Shown one piece after another: positions 43,269 through 55,600 of a stretch of DNA of 64,000 bases. Where the stretch lies: the NCBI GenBank assembly GCA_051362555.1, contig CM120648.1:9234587-9298586 (forward strand), written 5' to 3'. A program made the translations under genes and the position numbers. This stretch comes from Lingula anatina (lineage: Eukaryota > Animalia > Brachiopoda). A model generated the notes under the pieces. The model saw only the letters and a program-made list of their open reading frames with translations, was not told the DNA's origin and made no database searches. Positions within the stretch are counted from its first letter, which is position 1. Each line of letters opens with the position of its first letter.

Positions 43269-46200
43269 TATAAGGGCCATAACAGGTAGGTACAAAAAAG
43301 AGGAAATCGTTGAAGTGGACACGTTAGGAGATCCTGTTCTACAGGTAAGATATCATGAAAGATTTGTAATATTTGTCAAGATTTAATTAATCATTAGACA
43401 AAGAATATATATGCACACATATATATCATCCATATGACCAAAAAACTTCAGACATATTTTGTGATTGTTTGAAAATGTCATCAATGGTGTTAATGCTCTG
43501 GAAAAGAAGAGATAAATTAATGATGCACAAAGGAAACGTGGTCTTTATAGAGGTCACTTATATTTTTTTATGTCAACTTAGTCTTAAAGAAACCTGTATA
43601 GAGATAGTTTCATGTGGTCATCACCTGCATCTTTCGTTGCTGTCAGCATTGCCTTCGTTGCCATGTGCTTTTTACCCATAAACACCATTGAAGGAAAAAT
43701 GTGTTACATATTATTCTCAAACTTGCAAGAATGATTCACTAAACTTTTAAGTGTAAAAAACTTTAAAAACAAGAATTATTCACTGAACTAATACAAAAAA
43801 AAGTCTGATTGGTTCACTGATTGACTTTTTCTGATTGGTTTCTTTTCGCTTGAATGTAATGCATATGTAATGCATTCAAAGCCTGCTAGGATTAGTTAAT
43901 TTTTCTTGAAGTTGTTAAGTTTTTTTGGAATTTTTCATTTTTCACTTTTACCACTTTCCAGGTGTGACTTTGAGTTAACATGGGTCTGAAACCCTTTTCT
44001 TGATCTCCACAGTAAAAATTGTATATAATGTACTATTGCATCAAAACTGACAAAAAACTGGTACTGTCATTGTTACCTTTATTGGGTTTTCATCATTTTC
44101 ACTCTGTTACAGGACCAATGCTTAATAAGTTTTATCATTTATATGTCTGCTCTTTTGCCATCTTTGCTGCTTTGTTTTTGTTTGGGCATAGTTTGTTGCA
44201 GTGATGTAATGGTTACAGAAAACTTTGTTGTTAAAAATACAGTTGTAATAAGTGTGCCCATTAAGCTTTAAGAAATATTTTCATTCTTTTGATTGAAGAT
44301 TTGTTAAAAAATTACAGAATGCAACAGAAGATGATGAATGTATCTATGAACTGGATACAGATGAAACAGATGCAAGAACAAGACAGTTCTATCCTGCAGT
44401 TTGGCAGATGCCAAGTACCAGTAGTGGGTCAAATTTTCTCATCAACAGAAATGATCACATTGTCCTGAAAGGATTTTTGAACAAAAAAAGTAAGTCTCTT
44501 AATGTCTTCAGAATCGCTTGAAATTGATATTATATTAGTAAGAAATTTATTTATTAATAACAATCGTAAGGCTGCAGGTACCTTAAAATATTTACAAAAT
44601 TACTACTACTAAATACGAGTGACTGAAAATATAGATATGTGTTCACCACAACCTGTTTTTGGTGGCGCAGCGCCACCTTATCTCGATGCTGCGCCACCTG
44701 ATGCGAGCCTGCGCCACCTAATGTGATTGGACCGCTACCTTATATTTCAAGCATTGAGAAGATCTTAATAATATTTTCTGGTAGAAATATAAGATATTAA
44801 ACTTCATTTTGTATAAGTCGACTGTCGTTTTTGCATCAGTTCAACGCGCTGTCAATTAAACACTGCGGCCGGCAGTAGCCGGGCAGTCTGGAGCCGTAGC
44901 AATAGTCCGAAGGTTCATTGGTCCGAATATTCACTCTAGAACCTTCGGACCAATGAACCCTTGATTAAAAAATCGATGAAAATGTTACCACTTTTCGGAC
45001 CAATGAACCTTCGGACCAATGAACCTTCGGACTATCGAGACGCCCCCGTCTCGGAACAGTTTACCCGTAATGCGTTTTTCGTGAGAACGTATTATGCGAG
45101 CGTCAGGTTTCATTCCGGCAACTCTACCTCTCCGACACAGATACCACAAGATACTCAGTTTTTCTCATTAGAATCTCATACAGTGGATTTACAGACCTGG
45201 GAATAGTCAATTAGAAATAAAGTATATAATCATAACAAGCACAAGCGAATACGGCACTTACTAGAACACTTAAGGCTACTGTACCGTTCACCTCCCGGTA
45301 AAACGAATTTATTACTGCTAAAACAATAATCAAAGGGAATTATTCCCATTTTTCCAAAAGTCTGAAGAATGAAAAGCCTACTACTAGTATATGAAACTTT
45401 CAAAGAAATCTGCTGACTTCTACCAACTATAACTACAAAAGTACCTTTAAATGTAGACGTTATATTAGCATGGCGTCGTTTTTAATGGTGCGGAGATTCA
45501 CCTTCAACAGACAAAATCATGGAAGCGCCCAAAACAACAGGTGAGATAAAGGCTTTGGAACCAGTAGCCTAATTTCGAAGGGACATTTACGCTCTTCGTT
45601 TGTGTAAGCGTGGCTTCGGCATGAACCAGGGGAAGGTAAGTTTACTACAAAATTTGTGGTTATAAAATTTCAGATATTTCGTCGTATCTTAATTGTGTCA
45701 TTACTCGCAGAAATCTAAACACAGGTAGAAGATAACATTAAAACAAAACACTTTAGCAATTAATGTTGTTTTTAATTCAGTAGTATATCTCTCGTAATGC
45801 TGATAGAAATGTGTGATGAAAAACGTGGTGTAATCACGTAGACAGTTTTATCTAGATTTAACTAGTTTCAGTCATGTGCTCTTGTTTGTGACAAGTAGTC
45901 ATGCTTTGCGAAGCTTTGCAATAGGCTGAATCTGCCACGTGTTCTTATTAGTCCCGCCTTTATACCTTTTAGGGCGCTGGCAATCACGTACACACAGTAT
46001 GATGTAGGCCTACTCTGTACATCGTCAAATGGGAGCACTGAGTCGTTATCCCCGGGTGTGATCTGTGATTGATATTTTAGAAGAATAAAAGAAGCTACAT
46101 CGAGACTTTTGAACAGATTGTGCATAAAAATATCAATAAAATATTTTAATAAGGTATAAGTGCACTCACAAACGTCTATACAGTGTATCAGTGTCAACAC

Positions 46201-49200
46201 AGAGGGGCTGGGAGGGGGGCATACGACGACTTACATGTATATGCGTCCGACGGAAGATCGTTACGTCGTTAAGGGACGGATGTACCCAAATATAGCTAAA
46301 AATTGGTTTTTTATGTCTAATTATTGGTTAAATGTGTATCTAACGTTTAACAGAATAAATTTTTTACAATTTGAACAAAAAGGAGGATTCTGATGCTGCA
46401 CACATCGGCACCGGTGGCCTGGTCTATGCGCCGCCTTCGTTGTCAAGGGCCGTTGGCATGGGTAAACTCGGTGGGCGGACCTTAGCAGCATCAGCACGTC
46501 TAGAGAAACAATAGAACAGGGATGCGCCATGCCCCCTTTGTCATAAACAGCGATCGGCAAAGCAGTGCCTATTGTTCCGCTTAAGCTGTTTTGATAGTCA
46601 CTCTTGATTGTGATCAGCGCTAAGATGAATCTTTTCCGACACATTGGATTTTCTCGAAATACGCGTTCTCCCTTGAATATTGCTTGTTGTTACACGCGCT
46701 CTTTCGATTTTCTTGTTAACTTTTTGAGATACGCAAAAAAAGAAGAAAATTCCGTTGCTTGCTTCCCGTGACAATAATCGTCATACTTTCTATCCATTTC
46801 TCCCCCCCCCCCCCCCTCCGTCTTGCATACTGTTATTGAACTGAGGTAAACAATGCCTGAAACCTTAACAAGTTTTATCTTAATCATCCATCTAACTGGA
46901 ACTTCCTTTACCTCTTAATTGGAGGGTTCAGTGGCCCACAACTCTCCTGAAGCCTCGCTGGCGATATTTAGCTCAGGTAAAAATCTACCCGAGTGTTATT
47001 TTCAGAGCATCTCCCGCAACCCTCAGGGCACTAGATAAAATCTGGACACCAGGTTTTCTAAGGAGCTAGAGAAACAAAGCAAGGATTTTTCCTGCAAAGC
47101 GTCAAAGAATTTTGACACGGACTTGACCCAGCTTACCCCTCCAAACTAACAGGGTGACATGGGCATTTTTTACAAACAAATAATAAAACTTAGATGTATC
47201 AGAGCTCTGTCGTGTCGTACGGTTGGTTGTTTTGGGGAGCCATGCATCCACATGTAAGGTGAATGAACATGTATGTTAGTTCAACTCAGAGGCGGATCCA
47301 GGATTATTCGAAGGGGGTTCCACGTATGCGAAGCTAGCCTCCTTTTAAATAAATATACCGTTCTGGGTAATAAGTATATTGAAACTTTTTTAATTGCGAG
47401 AATATTTCTGACTAAATGATGTTTTTATTATTAATGGAAATTAAGCTGCGATGTGTGGTACATATGCTGTGATTACGCTGTCCTTCATCTCTTGCGTTAG
47501 TCTACATTTTGCTGGGAATTTTAAAAATCTGTGCGTACAATTTTTAAAGGTCTGGTTAAGCCCCTGAATCTATGCAACTTGGGCAATTCGGCCTAGCATC
47601 GAGGCGCAACTAGTCCCTAGCCCTCTCTTAATTATTTCTGCTTACCATTGATCATCGGAAAATCAACAATGATATTATTTAACCTTTCCACCTGAGACAC
47701 AGTTAACGCAAGTGTCAAGATGACATCAAGCTCTAGTTTTGCTAGCATACTATACTAATTTTCTGCTTATCTGCAATCATTTATTTGTGCATCACCTAAA
47801 GTTAAATACCTTGATTTCGGCTTATTTGCAACTTAGACATTTCCTCTAACAAAGCCTGTCTATTTCTTGTTGTTGATGGTGCGATCGGCGTCCTGTAACA
47901 CGACCGTGTTTTCAAACCATTTTTCGCTTGGCGAATGTGGACAAGACCGCCTGCGATGCTGCTATTGTGTGCACATCCTAGAGCGCATCCCTTAACCTTT
48001 CCCCGACGGCAATTGACGTGGCCACTGATTGCTTGAGTCAGTAGGGCTTACTGTCAATCATTCTGGCAGTGCTAGCGGTAACCCCTTGAAGTTACTAACA
48101 GGAGGTGAGATTGATACAAAAATAAGATTTTCTGACATCCAAATACATGCAAACAAGCTAATTTCAACCGGTAGTAGAGTACCCATCTTCGCGATCGTCA
48201 GAACGATAACAGGTAAAGCTGTCAACAATTTAATTTGCTAATTTGGACAATTAACCTCCCTGAAAGGATTTTTGCTCGTTTCCTTTGCTTTCAATATTGA
48301 CGAGATAGCGTTATCTTAGCAAGCTATAAATGTCTACCTGTACACCTCAGGGAGACCAAATTCACCATGCTAATCATGAAAAGTATGCACTAAAAGTGCT
48401 TTTTAAGAAATTTTGATTGATCCCCTTTTTTCTAATTTATAGACTTTGAAAGTGAAAATTCCCTTATATTTTGATGTAATTTCACGTTTTTATAGATAAA
48501 ATCAACAATAAGTGTCTAAAGAAAAATCCCTGACTCCATCCTGTAGTACTTTGTTCAAGTGTTATAATGCCATTAAAAGCAAGTTTATAGCTGTCCATAT
48601 GCCTTAGAAAGTCAGGTGTATAAAAATGGTGTTTTTGTCCCCAAAATCCAAATATTACGTCACACGATGAAGTTGGAGCTGTGTTCCAAGCATAATTAGA
48701 TATTTTGAAGATACATTAAATGAATGTGACAAGAATAAAAAAGCCAAGACCTTTATTTTAAGAGAAAATCTCAAACCTACATTCCCACCTTAAATTGTAT
48801 CGCTAATTGCATATAGTTAATGTTTAGAGAAATGCAAGTTTTCGGGTGTGCTTTGTGTGTTGCTTATCTTGCAAAGTTAGTTTTTAGTTATTATCATTAT
48901 TGTATTTTCTTTCTTTTTCGCCGCAGCTGGCATCAGATCATTACCAAGCAATCATAGACCAGAACGGCTTTATGGCACGGGGACCACAGTTGTCTCAACC
49001 CTGCCAGATGAATAAAAATTTGCAGTATGTATTAAATTTTATCACTGACCATACAGACCCCTTTGTTATGTTGACTCAGCTTTCTAAAAGGAACCTGGTT
49101 TGCCAATATCAGCCGCACACCGACTGAAAGTAAGAAAAAATCGGATTCATTTTTGACGTAAATGTGCTTTATATATGTCATATTTTCATTACTACTAGTA

Positions 49201-52072
49201 ATTAAGTGGATGATACGGGTTAGATAAATACTAGTTATATCATTTGCAATGACTACACAACTGGTTTAATAGATTACAATGATTTGATATTTCAGACTGT
49301 GAGAGAATGTTCTGAAATTTTCTGTGGTCCAAAAGATGGAGACCAGGCTGAGAAACACCAAGTCGGGAGACTCTCCTGCCAGTTTCAACTGAAGGTTTAT
49401 CTCTGAAAGAACTTATTTGCACTGAAGCAGCAATGCTATGGTCTCAATGAGGAAATAGAAAGATCTCTTTGGATGCTTAACATTGTCTGTCATTTTATTT
49501 TATCTTATTTATAGATCTGCTACTTTCTTAGAGATTAATTTTCCAATATTGTTTCAGTATAGTGTTGAGTGTTTTGCTTAAAAAAATTGAGTATTATGAT
49601 GTGCTAATTTGGAATTTTAGTGTTTCTTTAAGAATTCATCAATTGTTGCTTGTATATGCAGAGTGTAAACTGAATCAAACACTGTGTGATTATTCAGAAC
49701 TATGTGTTTTTGTATACAGACCTGGATGATCCTATGGTAATTTAAAACCGAAAAAGTTGCTCTATACTATGTATGATAAGCAGAACAATTCTCCATGATC
49801 ACGTCACTGTAACCCTTCAAACTTTTTCAATATCCTGTTCAATGCCTTGTATTTCAGGCAAATTGAAAAATAAAAGTGGTCCAGTTGTAATCCTTCTTAG
49901 TCTGTCTTTACTCTTGGAGACTTGAGTCTTATATTTCTGATTAAATGACAAAACATAAAAGGGATTTTCCCACACTTGCTACAATATTCCAAGAAGAAAC
50001 ATTTTTTCTCTCTGCAAGTTCTTCAATGACATTTATTTCATGCAATTCAATCTGATGGATTTAATATGTATTGCCGTCTTAAATTAGTAATTTTTGGTAA
50101 TACCACGGTCTTTTAAAAAATGACACTGCATAGGGACCTCAAATTCTCTTTTAAAAATGGGCAGTGAAAATGGATTTCCAAATAATTTAACTAATAAGTA
50201 AATAATTTAATTTTGGCATCTAAAATTGCTTAAAATACATGAAATTGCACCATTTTTTCAAAATTTTCCCTGGGAAGCATGCCCCTGGACCCCCCCTAGC
50301 ATTGCTAGGACCCACACCAAAATTATTCTCCCCCACCTTATAATTTTGACTTGTGGAGAAACCTGTTAATAGTTATATTTTTACAAAAAGTCCTGTTCAG
50401 AATCATGGAAAGGGAAAAGGTTATGTTACATGCAATGATTGTAAAATTGAATTCTTTTTACCTAGAATAATCTCAGTTATTGTTTTAACAAAAGATCAAG
50501 GGATCTTTCTCATGATATGCTAGTGTTGACGGATATCTTCTTTGCACATTCATTATGGGTCTTTTTTTTTTTTTTTTTTTTTTTTTTGACATACAAACGT
50601 GGTTTTGCAGAGCAGGATTCTTCCCTTGCCAAAATGTCTCGTAAAAAATTTGAATGGACACTCCACGCCCAAACATTTTACACATTCCATAAGCATCCAA
50701 GGCCCCATTCAGAATAGGGGACCAACTAGTCTGAGGGTCAAATATGGCGACCCACTACAAAACTGGCTGTCTAATCCACTTACAGAAACTGAATAAATAT
50801 CCCATGGGTTGGGCATATTTGACCCTCGGACTAGTTAGTCCCCTATTTTGAATGGGGCCAAAGATAACCCTTTTCCCATCCAACCACTGATGGTGCTATT
50901 CATTTGTGTGTGTAAACATTTTCCAGTATCTTACAAGAACTTACAAGTTCATATTTAAACACAAAGGATGAGTGAAAAATATTAAAATTACAATTTTTGA
51001 CTAAAGCAAGGCATTATACCATCATAAGGAAAGATATCTATTGTACCTTGTAAGCAGTTTTTTTTTTCAGTGAGTCAAGTTAAATGATGAGATGCCTTTA
51101 CATTTGCAGGTGAAAGGGGAAACAAATGGGAAAATATGCACTTTGTACTGAATGGGACCAAGCAGCAGCTGTACTTTTTCGAAAATGATAAGGTACAAAG
51201 ATCTAAAAATTCCTATTGTCTTAAGTGTTTTCTTTCTTGGGAATCCAACGTTGCATTTCACTTTTTCATGTTCCAATTTTATTGTTGTTTTGAAGGGTAA
51301 ATGAATTCAAATTACTGAGTAGGCTAGGTTTTGAGGTAATTTGCCATTGGATCGTGTAATTATATACCCAGATTTACTGTTACAGCGCTCCAAACCAAAA
51401 GGTCTGATAGACCTACATTCCAGCTCCCTCTACCCAGTTCATGACAGTTTATTTGGAAGGTAAGAATCCGTTCTAAAAGAGATGTAATCTAACCATAATT
51501 TTCCATACGTTAATTTATTCATTTATTTTTATTATTATTATTTTGTTATTTTTTATTGATATTGTCATTTATCTAACTAGTATTAATACCTGCAAGTTGA
51601 TAGAGTTGACATTTTTTGTTGTGTTCTAGTATTAACACAATCTGTCAGTGCACACTTTCCAGTTTAATTCAGTTGACTTTTATGTACGTGTGTTTTGTTT
51701 CTATCTTTTTTTTTTTTTTTCCGCAGGCCCAGCTGTTTTCAGCTGGTGGTTAGAGCCTTAAACGAGTTTTTAGTCCATTATTTGTGTGCTGAAAATGCTG
51801 ATGCTGCACGGGTAATATTATTTTCTGTTATTTCCTTGCCTTGACTCAAGTGATATTTGGTGAGTCTATCAAATATTTCAAATTTAATCTCAGATTACCA
51901 ACACTTATGGTTAGACCACGGTTAGGATTTTTATATATCACATAAAAATTAGAAGCAACACTGGGAGCCCAAATTAGCTTTGGAAATTGCTAGCCAATGT
52001 TCCATTGTGTAGCAACAATTTACACAAAACAATTAGAAACTACATAGGTTTATTGTCATAAAATGATAAGTG

Positions 52073-52135
<63 letters not shown>

Positions 52136-52632
52136 TGTTTAATCCTAACCCAAACAGATTTTTATTTGATTGTTCAATGTTGTCTATCAGAATATGTTAT
52201 TGGAATGAAGAAAACCTGTCCATATACTGAATAAAATATGGAGTTTAGCATCATAAGGCTCATTTACACAATGATGAATGTTTACAATATTTCTGATGAA
52301 ATTTTTTAAAAATTAATTAATGTAGGCCCATTCAATTAATTAGTTTTTTTTTCACCATAGGAATGGGTGCAGGCTCTGAAACCGTACTGTATCAACTCCA
52401 CTCCTGCGAAAAGTTCCTTAAGACATCTGTTAAGTTTGAACATTCACGTATTCGATGCCCATCATCTTCCCGTAAAAAGCGTGCCTTATCCCTACTGCAC
52501 AATTTCAATAAATGAGGTGAAAGTTTGCCGCACAGAGGCAAAAGAGGCACCAAATCCAGTTTGGGAAGATGACTTTGTTTTGGAGTAAGTATCAAGTATG
52601 AAAAGTATGGATTTCATGTGCAGTTTACTTTG

Positions 52633-52686
<54 letters not shown>

Positions 52687-55600
52687 AGTAAGTATCAAGT
52701 ATGAAAAGTATGGATTTCATGTGCAGTTTAGTTTGTAATATATATATATATATTCGAGTAAAAAAAGGATCCTATCGAAAATCAGATTATTTTTTTGATA
52801 ACTGTTCAATTTTTTTTTATTTGGTGGTCTTTTTATGTATTTTGGAGACATTCTTCCTTTAATTACCAAGCCATTTTTTTGTTTGTTTGTTTCATTTCAA
52901 ATTTCACTGAGTGACTTTGTTTATTAAAAAGGAAGGTTCCTTTAAAATTAACAATATTGAATTATTTATTTATTTATTTATAATAAAAATGTTTATTTGT
53001 TTTTTCTCTATTGTGGCTGTATATTCTCCAGCAGTTTCACAAGCTTATTTGTACCACCTGCGAGAGTGCTGGGGTTAAATGTGGCTTTACCTGGTACTAG
53101 TTTCTAAAGATTTCAATTTAAGCATGTCCTTTCAGGGACATTCCTCAAGATGTCTGTAGCTTTACTGTCATTGTTCACAATAAGGGAATAAGGTCCAAAG
53201 ATACAGAAGTTTGTAAGTAGAATTAATTATGTTCTTAGGAAATCATAAAGAATACCATTAATGAGGCTTTTCTATAATTAATTGCTTAATTTTCTGAATT
53301 TTCTCTTGGATTTATACTGGCATTTAGATGAGTATAAAAACACGATAGCTTCATTCTCTAATGAAGAGAGCTGTAATAACTAAGTTATAGCTGTGTAGCT
53401 CAAACTGTCATTATCCCTTTGAGTGTATGACACAGCTGATGAAATTCTATGCTACTTTGTAAATGTATTGTAGTGTTCAAGACTGTCTTATTGAATGAGG
53501 TGAACCAGGGTGAGTGCAGGGAGGAGTGGTACTGCCTGTCCCCCACATCAGTCCAGGCATTTCAGGCAGTGAAAGGCAGGAAGGAGAAAATGGGATCAAT
53601 TCGAGTCAAATGGAAATTCTTGCATGAGATGATCATGCCAATCAATGAATACTCTAGCCTGAAGGAGGTGAGACCTGTATGATCTGTCAGGGACTGGTTT
53701 CTCCAGAAAAAAAAAAATGTCACCAGAAATTTTGTCTTGAGTTTTAGATTCAAATGTCTTTTTTTTTTTTTTACCAGATTTAAATCTGTGATAGCCTTAT
53801 TGACTGGAATATTATGCCTGTTTTATAACAGGAAAGATGAATGACTTGTGTTTCAAACCAATACTTAATTTAAGCGGACTGCTATGGTGTTATCTTGAAA
53901 TAAAAAAGACTACATTTTTGAGTAAGTTTAGACCATTTTTATGGACCAAAGTAACAGTTTTTATCTATTTATTTATTTATTTAGTATTGTGAAATCAGTC
54001 CCTGCAGGCTTGTGTAATGCCGGCTCAATCTTAACCACTGACTATCAAAAAAAAATATTACCTTAATGAGGAATGAGAGTAAGCCTAGGGTAAATTATTC
54101 ACATAAGTTCCTTCTCTCTTAAATAATAGAAATTTGTTTTCTCTGAGAAAGGTTGAGTATTAATAATAACACTCCTGGAATGTTAGAATACATGCAGTGT
54201 GAACAAAAAATCATTCCCTTTGTTTCAGCTGCTGATAGCCAAAGACTTGGAGGCTGTGAAGGCATTATCTCAAGTTTGCGGAAATGATAGGATTCTGCTG
54301 GCCAAATCCTTAATAAATATCTTTCGCACAGAGAAACAGGAGGCTCATCTTATTCGCACAATGAATGACAGGGAAATTGATGAAGAATGTAAGTTACGGC
54401 TTTTAAAACTTAAAAAAATAAACAGAGAGAATTTACTGAAAGATTCCATGGAAAGTTCCATGAAAATTGCTGGTGACAGACTGTAAACTTACATAAAAGC
54501 TAAAAAAAATTCTGTAAACGGTAAATGAAATTTCCTTGCAACCACAGTTGATCTTTAACTATATCATAGCTCCCAATTCAATTTCCTTATATCTGAGCTT
54601 TAAATTCATTTGCCTGATATCTGACCTTAAAATTCAGTAATTTGACACGACAGAAAAGTTATGAAACTCATAACAAAGGATATAGTGCCTTGATTTATAT
54701 CAAGGTTTGGACATGCTCTGACTTCAACCTTAATTTGATTTTTATTTTATAAGAAACTTAATCGCGATTCTTATGTTCTACAGGTACTGTATCAAATTTG
54801 TTCCGTGCAACTTCCTTTGCTACCACGCTGATGGATCAGTATATGAAGATGGTTGCTACAGACTTCGTGCGTCATGCTACTAACTCATTTGTTATGAAAG
54901 TTATAGAGTCAAGGCAATCTTGTGAGGTATAAAAAGACTAGCAATTATGATCTGATAGCTTTTTGTTGAATTTTAATACCAGTTGTTTTTGATACTTTGT
55001 TGCATATCAGAGAAATGAAGGATTAAAAAAAATTCTTTTTTTTTTTTTATCGACAGACACTTGGTTTTTGGATGTATAGCAGTCAGCACTTTCCACATTA
55101 ATACATTCAAAGGAAAACTCCTTTTTTACTATAATATTTTTCAGTTTTTGTGGATTTCCTTAGCCAATACAATAATAGGAAAACCCATGTTTTTTCTATT
55201 ATTCTCAAACTTACAAGAGTGATTCTTAGTGTTTAAATGCTACAGCTAGAGTTCAAAAACTAGCTTAATTGAATTATTTTTATTGCTTCAATATGCTGTA
55301 TACTAAACAGGGGCGGATTGAGGCAGTCTTCTGGGTCTTCCGGAAGACGGTCAAATTTCTAAGTTTACATTGATAAGTACCTAATTTTTTTTGTCGGAAG
55401 ACGGTCAAAAAAGGGGGGTTGAACAACAATTATAATGTGGAAGACAGTCAGAAAATATTTCTGGATCCGCCCCTGCTAAAGGAATTCCTTCCATGCTTTC
55501 CATTTTCAGCTCAATCCAACCCTTCTTGACAACCCAGCAGATGCTACTGCCAATAGGGAACATCTCTTATCTGTGCTTGAAGATGTTGTTCGAAATATTT

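Noticed and set aside
45868-46887. ~110-aa minus-strand ORFs in the large intron
   Set aside because: No identifiable transposase or other motif; interrupted by stops and repeats.
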